A program made the position numbers and the translations under genes. The notes below the pieces were generated by a model that was not told the DNA's origin, searched no databases, and saw only the letters and a list, made by a program, of their open reading frames with translations. 32,000 nucleotides of DNA, taken from contig DXJG01000007.1 of NCBI GenBank assembly GCA_019056805.1, forward strand, positions 75,513-107,512, given 5' to 3'. Below are positions 9,553 through 18,296 of the stretch, in pieces (the first letter of the stretch is position 1; each line of letters opens with the position of its first letter). This DNA is from Candidatus Baldrarchaeota archaeon (lineage in GTDB: Archaea; Asgardarchaeota; Baldrarchaeia; Baldrarchaeales; DXJG01).

Positions 9553-10617
9553 TTAGGTTATTCTTGTTGGAATATAGTTTTTGATTGGACATTTATGTTT
9601 CATGTTACATATTCCGCAGTTTCTTGGATGTGTTTTACATCCAGTTTTTAAAGCATAGGCAGCTGCTTTTAAAGCCCATTCATGTTCATAATATTTTGAG
9701 ACTTTAGTTTTTAGCTTTTCAAAGTCTTTTGGCTCATATCCAGGTATATTTGGTCTACCTGACCAATTTACTCTTACCAGTCCGGTTTTATGGGCTATTT
9801 CAACCGTTTTGTCCATTAGTTTCCATGTTGCACCCATATATTGGTCTAATACAAAATTTGGTCTAAAAACAAGGAAGCAAACTGGCAATGTGGGATCTAT
9901 AGATGCCATGAATTCGCATATTGCTTTTATTTCTTCTACATCTACTATTCCAGGTATTACTAGGATTCTATATTCCCATAGTTTATCTCTAGCATGTTTG
10001 GCGATGTATTCAGCATTTCTTAGAACTGGTTCTGAAGGAGCTCCTGTTAATGCTTTATGGACATCGTCATTGTAAGCTTTTATATCGAAAGTTATGGAAG
10101 TTGTAAATTTTAATACTCTTTTTAAGGATTTCATGGTTAGGAAGCCGTTGGTGTCGAAATTTATTTTTGTTTCTGGGTCTATTTTTCTAGCTTCCTCTAC
10201 TATTTTCTCTATGTAGGGTAAATGTATGGTAGGTTCTCCGCCGCTGAAAAATATGCGATCTGCACCTATGAATTGCCCCATAGATGAGTTTATTGCGTTA
10301 ATTGATTCTTTTGCAAGTTCTTTCGGGTTTACGTAGCCTCTTATCACGGTTTTTGTGTCTGGGTAGTGTGCTATGGAATAGTTTTGGCAGTTTAGACATT
10401 TAAAGTTGCATCCTGCCATGAATATTGTGTAGCTTTGTGGTGGTGCTGGATGAAGTTGACAACTTGCGACGTGCGGAATGCTTATTCTACATACTCCAAG
10501 TTCTCCAGTTATTCTATTTACACCGCATTGCCATTCACATAACTTGCAATTTTCAAGTTCAGTTAGAAACTTTTGTGTTTCAATGTTCAGTAAATATACC
10601 TCCCTGTGTTTAAACAA
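9553..10617 (-). CDS. radical SAM protein, PflA/PflX-like (activating-enzyme-like), with extra N- and C-terminal Cys motifs
   Basis: CxxxCxxC motif GCNFKCLNCQN, FSGGEPT, DTNGF, FDIKA; N-terminal CKLCEWQC...GVC; C-terminal CKTHPRNCGICNMKHKC. The start codon is uncertain (TTG 10617, with a GGAGGT a few codons inside). Confidence 0.88.
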   Translation of the reverse strand: MFKHREVYLLNIETQKFLTELENCKLCEWQCGVNRITGELGVCRISIPHVASCQLHPAPPQSYTIFMAGCNFKCLNCQNYSIAHYPDTKTVIRGYVNPKELAKESINAINSSMGQFIGADRIFFSGGEPTIHLPYIEKIVEEARKIDPETKINFDTNGFLTMKSLKRVLKFTTSITFDIKAYNDDVHKALTGAPSEPVLRNAEYIAKHARDKLWEYRILVIPGIVDVEEIKAICEFMASIDPTLPVCFLVFRPNFVLDQYMGATWKLMDKTVEIAHKTGLVRVNWSGRPNIPGYEPKDFEKLKTKVSKYYEHEWALKAAAYALKTGCKTHPRNCGICNMKHKCPIKNYIPTRIT

Positions 10618-10811
10618 TTCATCTAGTTTTCTGGTTTATGGCTTAGTTAAATTTTGTCTTAGTTATATTTCATGTTTAGATTTTACGTTATTAAAGTTAG
10701 TTGACAAATTAATATGTTGTTTCATTACCCGATTTTATGCATAGTTTATTTGTTTTAAGTCGAAAAATTAAAAAGAATTTGTGATCCTCGTATTTTGCTA
10801 AAAATGGATGG

Positions 10812-12599
10812 GTGGAACGTGAATTGAAACGTTCAAAAATAGTTTTGATGGTGTTAGCTTTTATAGCTGCAATCATAGCCTATATGCTTGCTCCTCCTAA
10901 TGCTCAGCTCGGAACTTATTCAGCTACTCTTTCCTTTCCTAATCCTACTAATTATTCTCAAATCGAGAAGGTTTCTTTTACCTTTGTTCTATCAGATAAG
11001 GAAGCTGTTGAGTGGAATCAATATGTTTTTAGCTTCGAAGACTTTAATGTTACTGTTTACGCTAAGGAAAGTTACGCTTTAGCTCCTGGCTCGATTGTAG
11101 AGTTTAAAGTTAAGATGATTTGGCATAATAATTCAATTATTAAAATTACCTCGAGTTTAATGGTAATTACAATTAAAAATGATAGAGGTTTTAGTGTTGA
11201 TATTAGACCTTCAAAAATTGAAGATGATGCTTATGTTTTTAAGTATAGACCTCTTGTGAAGTCGAAGGAAGCTTTTGCAATTTTGGTTTTAATAGGTTTT
11301 CTATGGTTTACAGAAACTATACCACTATCAAGTTCAGCTTTACTTGTCCCTGTACTAGCTGTTGTGCTTCATATTCTTGATCCTAAAACTGCTCTTGCAC
11401 CCTTTTTCCATCCTGTCGTAGCTCTTATTGTAGGTGGTTTATTTATTGGTATAGCATTACAAAAACATCAAATAGATAAGCGAATTGCATTAGCAATTTT
11501 GTCTAGAACTGGTGGAGGAGGCCCAACACTAATTCTTATCATGATGTTTACGACTGCGTTTCTAAGCTTTTGGATTTCTAACACTGCATCCGCTGCAATA
11601 ATGCTTCCTATAGGTCTAGCTGTTTTGGGGAAAATTGGGAAAAAAGGGCTTAAGAGTAATTATGGTAGAGCTATGATTCTTGGCATCGCTTATTCAGCAA
11701 CTATAGGTGGTATTGGTACTTTAATAGGAACTACACCTAACCTTATTGCTGCAGGTATGTTACAAGAGTTGCTTGGACTAAGATTTTTCTTTACGGATTG
11801 GATTCCTTTCGGTATACCATATGTTATTATATTTATTCCCGTTGCTTGGAAGGTATTGACAATTGTTTATAAGCCTGAAAAGGAATTGGAAAAAGAACTT
11901 TGTATGATAGCGGAGCATAGTCGCGAAGAACTTAAAAAACTGGGTCCTATGACTTTTCAGCAGAAAGCTGTAGTTGTTGTTTTCATAGGTACAGTTGTTT
12001 TATGGTTTACTGAGAAAATGCCAGAATTTATAGTTAGGGTTACTGGTTTTAGTGGTCACGGTATATCGAGCAGTATAGTTGCCCTTATAGGTGCTGTTTC
12101 ACTGTATTTCCTAGGTTTACTGGATGAAAGTGATGTAAAGGAGATTAATTGGTCTGCTATTCTTATTATTGGTGGTGGTATATGTTTAGGTGAAGTTATT
12201 ATGGGTACTGGTGTTAGTGAGTGGATAGCTCTTCAATTAGGTGGTCTTAAAGGTGTACCTGTGATTTTCTTAAACTTCCTTGTTGGTGCTTTATCTCTCA
12301 TTATTACTATGTTTGCTTCTAACACAGCTGCTGCAGCCATATTGGTTCCAATCGCTATTCCTCTTGCGATATCTCTCGGAACCGACCCAGTTCTTTTGAC
12401 AATCACTATTGCTATTGCTGCATCTCTTGACTTTGCTTTGCCAGTTGGAACTCCTCCAAGTACATTAGCATATAGTACAGGTTTGGTAAAACTTAGAGAA
12501 ATGTTAAAAGTAGGTTTAATACTGGACCTGATATCACTGCTATTGTTAACTTTTGGAATAGTTTGGATCTGGAGGCTCCTAGGCTTAGTAGCCCTCTAG
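10812..12599 (+). CDS. DASS/SLC13-family anion:Na+ symporter (di/tricarboxylate or sulfate)
   Basis: LWFTETIPL, two SNT motifs (FWISNTASAAIMLP, MFASNTAAAAILVP), GTLIGTTPN, LPVGTPP, many TM segments. GTG start. Confidence 0.92.
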   Translation: MERELKRSKIVLMVLAFIAAIIAYMLAPPNAQLGTYSATLSFPNPTNYSQIEKVSFTFVLSDKEAVEWNQYVFSFEDFNVTVYAKESYALAPGSIVEFKVKMIWHNNSIIKITSSLMVITIKNDRGFSVDIRPSKIEDDAYVFKYRPLVKSKEAFAILVLIGFLWFTETIPLSSSALLVPVLAVVLHILDPKTALAPFFHPVVALIVGGLFIGIALQKHQIDKRIALAILSRTGGGGPTLILIMMFTTAFLSFWISNTASAAIMLPIGLAVLGKIGKKGLKSNYGRAMILGIAYSATIGGIGTLIGTTPNLIAAGMLQELLGLRFFFTDWIPFGIPYVIIFIPVAWKVLTIVYKPEKELEKELCMIAEHSREELKKLGPMTFQQKAVVVVFIGTVVLWFTEKMPEFIVRVTGFSGHGISSSIVALIGAVSLYFLGLLDESDVKEINWSAILIIGGGICLGEVIMGTGVSEWIALQLGGLKGVPVIFLNFLVGALSLIITMFASNTAAAAILVPIAIPLAISLGTDPVLLTITIAIAASLDFALPVGTPPSTLAYSTGLVKLREMLKVGLILDLISLLLLTFGIVWIWRLLGLVAL

Positions 12600-12849
12600 T
12601 TCGTTTACTTCTCTTTTAACCGTTCAAAAATAAGTTTACTGTCTTTTTATCTCTTCTTTGGTGTAATTTCCACGTAGTACCATTAAAACTGAAACTTATT
12701 GCTCATTTTAACCAATATAAGTATAAGTCCGTGAGCTAAAGATGTGATGCTTAGAGTATCGCTCCATGCTATATGTATATGTTGGCTGGCAAATATTGCC
12801 TTATGTCTTGTTAGAAGGTGAATTGCATTAGCTTTAGAATGTAATATAA

Positions 12850-12857
12850 TTTATAAA
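12850..12857 (+). promoter_or_regulatory. candidate archaeal TATA box for the SIS gene
   Basis: TTTATAAA about 65 nt upstream of ATG 12922. The background is AT-rich, so a chance match is possible. Confidence 0.4.
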
Positions 12858-12921
12858 AAGTAATGTCAACAAATTATTGTGCATTTACTTCGTTAAAATT
12901 CTCCAAGTGGGAGTGGTTTTA

Positions 12922-13656
12922 ATGATTATTGATGACTTTTTCGAAGGAGTTATGAATTTACTTAAAAAAGTTAAAGAAACCCAAAAAGAAGTTATGCTTA
13001 AAGTAGCAGAACTCATAAAAGACGTACTTAAGGAGGATAAATTGATACATATATATGGATCTGGTCACTCACAGATATTAGCACAAGAGGTATTCTACCG
13101 AGCTGGAGGCTTAGTACCGATTAATGCGATGCTTGATCTAGGAACCTCAGTTTACGCTGGAGCCTTAAAGAGTACATCAGTTGAGAGACTACCTGGTTAT
13201 GGTAAATTGTTATTAGATTACTATCAAATTGAGAAAGGAGACTTACTTATAATAGTATCTAGCTCGGGTATAAATGTTGTTCCGGTCGATCTTGCTTTGG
13301 GAGCAAAAGAAAGAGGAGCAACCGTGGTTGCAATAACTTCTATAGAATTTTCTAAGTCGTCTCCAGCAAGACATTCTTCTGGAAAGAAATTGTATGAAGT
13401 AGCGGACATTGTAATTGATAATTTAGTCCCACCGGGAGATGCTTTATTATCTGTTCCTGGGATAAAAACGAAAATGGCACCAGTATCTACGATAATAAAC
13501 TCTGTGATTCTTCACTCGATACTAAGCATGGCAGCAAAGATATTAGCTGATGAAGGAATCGAACCTCCAGTTTGGTTAAGTGCAAATGTCCCAGGAGGAG
13601 ATGAATTTAATAAAGCGTACGTAAAAAAATACAAGTATCGGATTAAAGCCCTTTAG
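12922..13656 (+). CDS. single-SIS-domain sugar-phosphate isomerase-like protein (UPF0309/SIS_2 type)
   Basis: GSGHSQILAQE, YRAGGL, IVSSSGINVVPVD, VAITS, DNLVPPGDA, SANVPGGD. Start moved to ATG 12922 (GGGAGTGG upstream), 244 aa. Confidence 0.85.
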   Translation: MIIDDFFEGVMNLLKKVKETQKEVMLKVAELIKDVLKEDKLIHIYGSGHSQILAQEVFYRAGGLVPINAMLDLGTSVYAGALKSTSVERLPGYGKLLLDYYQIEKGDLLIIVSSSGINVVPVDLALGAKERGATVVAITSIEFSKSSPARHSSGKKLYEVADIVIDNLVPPGDALLSVPGIKTKMAPVSTIINSVILHSILSMAAKILADEGIEPPVWLSANVPGGDEFNKAYVKKYKYRIKAL

Positions 13657-13680
13657 ATACCGCATTCATAATAATTAGAT

Positions 13681-13700
13681 AAAAGTAGCTTCCTACTTTT
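13681..13700. terminator. stem-loop downstream of the SIS gene (possible terminator)
   Basis: Perfect inverted repeat AAAAGTAG-CTTC-CTACTTTT starting 25 nt after the SIS stop and followed by a pyrimidine tract. The stem is AT-rich and weak. Confidence 0.35.
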
Positions 13701-13777
13701 TCTCTCTTAAAACCTATTTATTATTCTTGAGAATCAAAAAAATATTTGAGGGCTGAATCAAAAGGACATGTCACATA

Positions 13778-13814
13778 TTCGATGATGAAACCTCATTCAG
13801 TTTTCATTATCGAA
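13778..13814. terminator. 13-bp imperfect inverted repeat downstream of the EIIA gene (possible terminator/RNA hairpin)
   Basis: TTCGATGATGAAA (13778-13790) pairs with TTTCATTATCGAA (13802-13814) with one mismatch (G-U if read on the + strand). Lies in the convergent SIS/EIIA gap. Confidence 0.35.
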
Positions 13815-13852
13815 AATATTATGATGTAATTATAAGAGGAGTTAAAACGAAT

Positions 13853-14326
13853 TTAGAGTTTTTCTAGTGCTTCTTTTATATGTTGGTATAATTTATCCAC
13901 AGTTTTTGCTTTTCTCATTTTTTTAATGTTTTCTTCTTTTTGTAGGAATTTTGCCAATTGAGCAATTGCTTTTACATGTGATCTTTTGTCAGTTGTCGTG
14001 AATCCAATTATTATATCTACAGGATCGTTGTCGGGGTTTCCAAAGTTTATTGGATTTTGTAATCTTATCAAAGCTAGTGCTGGTTTCTTGGCACCTTCTT
14101 CTGGTCGGGCATGTGGCAATGCTATCCCCTTTGTTATTACGATATATGGACCCATTTCCTCAACGGTTTTTATCATTGCTTCAATATATTTTGGCTCCGC
14201 TGCATCTATTTTCACTAAAATTTCACCAACTTTGATCACAGCATCTTTCCAGTCCGATACTGGAACATCTATGGCTATAGCTTCTTTCTTTAGGAGATCT
14301 AATAAACTGAATTCTGCTGTACTCAT
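13853..14326 (-). CDS. PTS enzyme IIA, stand-alone (fructose/mannitol/ascorbate-type EIIA_2 fold; UlaC-like)
   Basis: GPYIVITKGIALPHARPEEG with phospho-acceptor His72; L..PINFGNPDNDPV. 157 aa; GTGAG upstream of the ATG. Confidence 0.92.
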   Translation of the reverse strand: MSTAEFSLLDLLKKEAIAIDVPVSDWKDAVIKVGEILVKIDAAEPKYIEAMIKTVEEMGPYIVITKGIALPHARPEEGAKKPALALIRLQNPINFGNPDNDPVDIIIGFTTTDKRSHVKAIAQLAKFLQKEENIKKMRKAKTVDKLYQHIKEALEKL

Positions 14327-14369
14327 TTTAACTCACTTGCAAAGTTCCTTAATAGTGTTTTTTTCTTTG

Positions 14370-14378
14370 TTTATATAA
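14370..14378. promoter_or_regulatory. candidate TATA box in the divergent EIIA / EI promoter region
   Basis: TTTATATAA (TTATATAAA on the minus strand) about 45 nt upstream of the EIIA ATG. Confidence 0.4.
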
Positions 14379-14527
14379 CTATTGTTAAAATGGGAAAATT
14401 GTTTGTACAGTCAGTAAGTAGGTTTAGTATGTTTTTGCTAGTTTTTGTTTAAAATTTAAAAATAGATAAGAATGACATTACTATTGCTGTTCATCTTGTA
14501 TTGGATAAAAGTGTAGGAAGTATTGCA

Positions 14528-16252
14528 ATGGAACAAATTTTAAGGGGAATTGGCGTATATCCGGCTTTAAGCATTGGAAGAATTGTTATTCTTAAGAGAT
14601 ATACACTTGAGAATATGATAAATAAAGCATTAGAAAAACAAATAACAGTGGATAATTTTAAAGAAGCGATTGAAAGGACGAGAAAAGAAATAGAAAGTAT
14701 AATAAGGTCTCTCCCTGAGGGAAAAGAGGAACTATCGAAAATCATAGAGTTTCAATTAATGCTATTAGAAGATGATTCCTTCATCGGTAAAATATACGAG
14801 TTAATTAATAAAGGAAGTCACCCTGCTAGAGCGTTGAAAGAAGCTATTAATGAAATTAAAGAGATGTTTTCGAGGATGGATAGTATTTATATGCGAGAAA
14901 GAGTAAATGACGTCATTGATCTGGGTACACGTATTCTTAAAAACCTTTTAGGTTTGTCGGAAGTAGGGGTAGAGAGTGGAACAGTTATTGTCTCTGACGA
15001 ACTTCATCCAAGCGAGGTAATCATGCTTTCTGATAAAGTCTCGGGGATCATCACGGTCCGTGGTTCAGCTTTATCACACTTTGCTATTATAGCAAGAGAG
15101 CTTGGAATTCCTACTGTAGTTAATGTTCATGAGGCGTTAAATTGTATTAAAGGTAAAGAAAAGGTAATAGTTAATGCTTTGTCTGGGTTAGTTATTATAA
15201 ATCCTTCAGAGGATGAGGAGTTAAAGTATAAAGAGATGAAAGCACGTTGGGATAAAGACTTCCAGCTTATTATGAACCAAGCAAAGGAACCTGCCAGTAC
15301 AAAGGATGGTACACGTATTTTTGTTGTTGCAAATTTAGGGAGAATAGATGAAGTAGAAACTGCGGCGTATTATGGTGCTGAAGGAGTTGGACTATTTAGA
15401 ACAGAATTTTTATTTCTGGGTAGAGATTCACCGCCATCAGAAGATGAACAATTTAATACATTTAAGCTTGCAGTTCAACGATTATCTCCTGGAAATGTTT
15501 TTGTAAGAACCTTAGATATTGGTTCCGATAAACAAATACAATATATCCCCATGTATCATGAGCCGAATCCAGCATTAGGCAAGCGAGGTATAAGACTTTA
15601 TTGGAAAGAGATAAAAAATATCGTCTTGACTCAAATAAAGGCAATACTTCGAGCAGCGGCACATGGTTCAATAGGGATTATGTTTCCCATGGTAACGGAT
15701 ATTTCAGAAATTATTGAAGGTAAGAATCTAGTTGATATAGCAAGAAAAGAGTTGAAGAATGAAGGGAAAAAGTTTGGTAATGCAAAAATTGGTATCATGA
15801 TAGAAACTCCTTCAGCAGCCATGTTAGCTGACGAATTCATTAAATATGTGGACTTCATGAGTATAGGAACAAATGATCTTACTCAATATACATTAGCAGT
15901 TGATAGAACAGGTATGGAAACACCACCATTTTTTGACCATCTTCATCCATCGGTTTTAAGGCTAGTAAAATATGTAATCAATGCCGTAAAGGGTACGGGA
16001 GTAGAATTAAGCGTCTGTGGTGAAAGTGCATCTGATATTTATGCAATCCCTATTTTAATTGGCCTAGGCATCAGAAAACTTAGCGTAGCACCACTTCTTA
16101 CTCCAATTGTGAAACACATAGCAAGACTATTTAGGATAGATGAATTAGAAGAATTGGCTAATGAAGCTTTAAAAGCTAACTCATCACAAAAAGTACGTGA
16201 ACTTGTAAAAGAGTTTTATATAAGGAAAAAAGTTTCCTTACTAGTATTTTAA
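14528..16252 (+). CDS. ptsI: PTS enzyme I (PEP-protein phosphotransferase)
   Basis: YMRERVND, phospho-His motif GSALSHFAIIARELGIP (His at 15077-15079), EGVGLFRTEFLF, RTLDIGSDK, NPALGKRGIR, GIMIETPSAA, SIGTNDLTQY, active-site CGE. Start ATG 14528 preferred over the ORF-track TTG 14501 (574 aa). Confidence 0.96.
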   Translation: MEQILRGIGVYPALSIGRIVILKRYTLENMINKALEKQITVDNFKEAIERTRKEIESIIRSLPEGKEELSKIIEFQLMLLEDDSFIGKIYELINKGSHPARALKEAINEIKEMFSRMDSIYMRERVNDVIDLGTRILKNLLGLSEVGVESGTVIVSDELHPSEVIMLSDKVSGIITVRGSALSHFAIIARELGIPTVVNVHEALNCIKGKEKVIVNALSGLVIINPSEDEELKYKEMKARWDKDFQLIMNQAKEPASTKDGTRIFVVANLGRIDEVETAAYYGAEGVGLFRTEFLFLGRDSPPSEDEQFNTFKLAVQRLSPGNVFVRTLDIGSDKQIQYIPMYHEPNPALGKRGIRLYWKEIKNIVLTQIKAILRAAAHGSIGIMFPMVTDISEIIEGKNLVDIARKELKNEGKKFGNAKIGIMIETPSAAMLADEFIKYVDFMSIGTNDLTQYTLAVDRTGMETPPFFDHLHPSVLRLVKYVINAVKGTGVELSVCGESASDIYAIPILIGLGIRKLSVAPLLTPIVKHIARLFRIDELEELANEALKANSSQKVRELVKEFYIRKKVSLLVF

Positions 16253-16268
16253 AATCAGAGGTGAACCT

Positions 16269-16541
16269 ATGAAGATAGTTGAAGCAAGAGTGCAAATATT
16301 AAATAAAGTTGGCTTGCATGCAAGGCCAGCAGTTCAATTTGTAAAAGAAGCAAAAAAATTTAACTCCAAAATAATAGTGTGCAAAGAAGGAGAATCTGGA
16401 GATGCTAAAGTACTCTTACAAGTCCTAGCTCTTGATGTTCAATACGGCGATGAAATAATAATTAAGGCAGAAGGTGAAGATGCAGAAGAAGCAATTAAAT
16501 CTCTCATAGAATTAATAAAAAATAAGTTTGGAGAGGAATAA
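16269..16541 (+). CDS. ptsH: phosphocarrier protein HPr
   Basis: GLHARPA with phospho-His17, AEGEDAEEA, 90 aa. GAGGTGA RBS; starts 16 nt after the ptsI stop. Confidence 0.96.
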   Translation: MKIVEARVQILNKVGLHARPAVQFVKEAKKFNSKIIVCKEGESGDAKVLLQVLALDVQYGDEIIIKAEGEDAEEAIKSLIELIKNKFGEE

Positions 16542-16749
16542 ACGAAATTCTTTTTACAAACTATATTTTTCCATATTTATTCAAATATAACAAATATGGA
16601 CATCATTCTTTTCGCCAAGGCTTAAACTGTCTTTTACAAAGATTTTTTAGGTAGTATATTATCAACCACATCACAATTAAAGGTAATTCAAGGTTCTCAT
16701 ATGAATAAATCCACCCATAGCAACAATCCTTCATTTACTCGCATCTTTA

Positions 16750-16783
16750 AGAGTTTCGGCGGATGCTCCGCCTTCAAAACTCT
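16750..16783. other. GC-rich hairpin in the AT-rich HPr-EIIC spacer
   Basis: GGCGGA-TGC-TCCGCC (16758-16772) extended by AGAGTTT/AAACTCT across an internal loop. Confidence 0.45.
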
Positions 16784-16815
16784 GATTTATAGTCATAGGT
16801 ATAGGTATCGAATTA

Positions 16816-16823
16816 TTTATATA
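16816..16823 (+). promoter_or_regulatory. candidate TATA box for EIIC-EIIB
   Basis: TTTATATA about 85-90 nt upstream of TTG 16907. AT-rich context. Confidence 0.35.
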
Positions 16824-16906
16824 TAATAATTCCAAATATTTCAACAAAGATTTTTTAAAATTTCCGGTAAACATAATAAAGTTCAAACTTGGAGAGGGCG
16901 AGTAAA

Positions 16907-18199
16907 TTGCAAGTATGGCTGGATGCATTAGTTTGGATCGCAAATAATATAGTTGGTCAGCCTGCCATCCTACTTGGAATAATCGCATTCATTGGTCTAC
17001 TTCTACAGAAAAAGCCACCAGAAGACATACTCTCCGGAACAGTTAAGGTTATGATAGGAATAGTCTTAATGATCTTAGGTGCAGGTATCTTCGTAGAAGC
17101 TGTTCTCGGATATCAAGCAGCAATAGCAGGTGCATTTAGAGTAGCACCCCCAGCAGCTCCAAAAGTCGACCTTCAAACATTTATTGCAGAGTATGGTAGC
17201 TACGCTGCTTTAATAATGACAATAGGATTCCTTATTCACCTAATCTTAACGTCGATAAGATGGAGATTCGTCTACCTTACAGGACACTTAATGTGGTGGG
17301 TCTCACTAACAGTATTAGCAGTATTACTAAACTTGTTCCCAACAGTTAACATCTGGATCCCTGTTGCAATAGGTTCTATTATAATGGCTGTATATTGGAC
17401 AATTCAACCCAAATATATTCATAAATACATGACTACAGTAATGGAAACCGATGAAATAGCCTATGGACATACCTCCTCCGCCGCAGCATATCTAGCAGCT
17501 TTACTTGGACCATATGTTGGATCTCCAGAGGAAAGCACCGAGAAAATTACTTTGCCCAAGAGTATCAGCTGGTTGAAAGATATCGGAGTAAGCACAACAG
17601 TAATTATCGGTATTATTCTACTCATAGCAGTAGCCTTCGCACCTTACGAAGCTATCGCAGGATATCTTGGTGGTTTAAATAAGTATATCTGGGCTATAAT
17701 CACCGCCCTTAAAATGGCTGGAGGTATTCTAGTCCTATTAACCGGAGTACGAATGTTTATTGGAGAAATAGTTCCAGCTTTCAGAGGAATTTCCGAAAAA
17801 TTACTTCCAGGATCAAGACCTGCACTTGACTGCCCTATTGTGTTCCCTCAGGCACCAACAGCTGTCCTGATAGGATTCCTCTCTGCCACATTTGTATTCC
17901 TAATATTCTTGGTGGTCTTTGCTGCAACAGGCTTCTTCGTTCTAGTACCACCAATGATAATGTTGTTCTTCCCAGGAGGAGCTGCTGGAGTATTTGGCAA
18001 CTCTCGTGGCGGATGGAAAGGAGCCGCGCTGGGCGGCGCTATCAACGGAGTATTCCTTGCTATCGGTCAAGCGACATGCTGGCCACTACTAATCAACTAT
18101 GCTCCGGAATTAGCAACGTTAGGAGATCCCGACTGGTATATCATTATCTGGATTCTATACGGTATCGGTTATCTAATTAAACTAGTGACCGGGGCTTAA
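16907..18199 (+). CDS. ulaA: PTS enzyme IIC, L-ascorbate (UlaA/SgaT) family; symbol is family-level, substrate not established
   Basis: PAILLGIIAFIGLLLQKK, SGTVKVMIG, YLTGH, YGHTS, GVRMFIGEIVPAFRGISEKLLPGSRPALDCPIVF, FFPGGAAGVFGNSRGGWKGA. TTG 16907 with GGAGAGGG upstream preferred (430 aa). Confidence 0.92.
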   Translation: MQVWLDALVWIANNIVGQPAILLGIIAFIGLLLQKKPPEDILSGTVKVMIGIVLMILGAGIFVEAVLGYQAAIAGAFRVAPPAAPKVDLQTFIAEYGSYAALIMTIGFLIHLILTSIRWRFVYLTGHLMWWVSLTVLAVLLNLFPTVNIWIPVAIGSIIMAVYWTIQPKYIHKYMTTVMETDEIAYGHTSSAAAYLAALLGPYVGSPEESTEKITLPKSISWLKDIGVSTTVIIGIILLIAVAFAPYEAIAGYLGGLNKYIWAIITALKMAGGILVLLTGVRMFIGEIVPAFRGISEKLLPGSRPALDCPIVFPQAPTAVLIGFLSATFVFLIFLVVFAATGFFVLVPPMIMLFFPGGAAGVFGNSRGGWKGAALGGAINGVFLAIGQATCWPLLINYAPELATLGDPDWYIIIWILYGIGYLIKLVTGA

Positions 18200-18296
18200 A
18201 GGTGACACATTCCCATCCAATACTCTTTATTTTTTATGCATGTCAAGAGGTTAGATTTTTAATCAATTTTGCATTAATCATTTTTCGGTGGAAAGC

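Noticed and set aside
121-10710. TTGACAAATT at 121-130 and 10701-10710 resembling a bacterial -35 box
   Set aside because: Only two copies in AT-rich DNA. The first lies in a possible coding frame, and neither has a convincing -10 at the right spacing.
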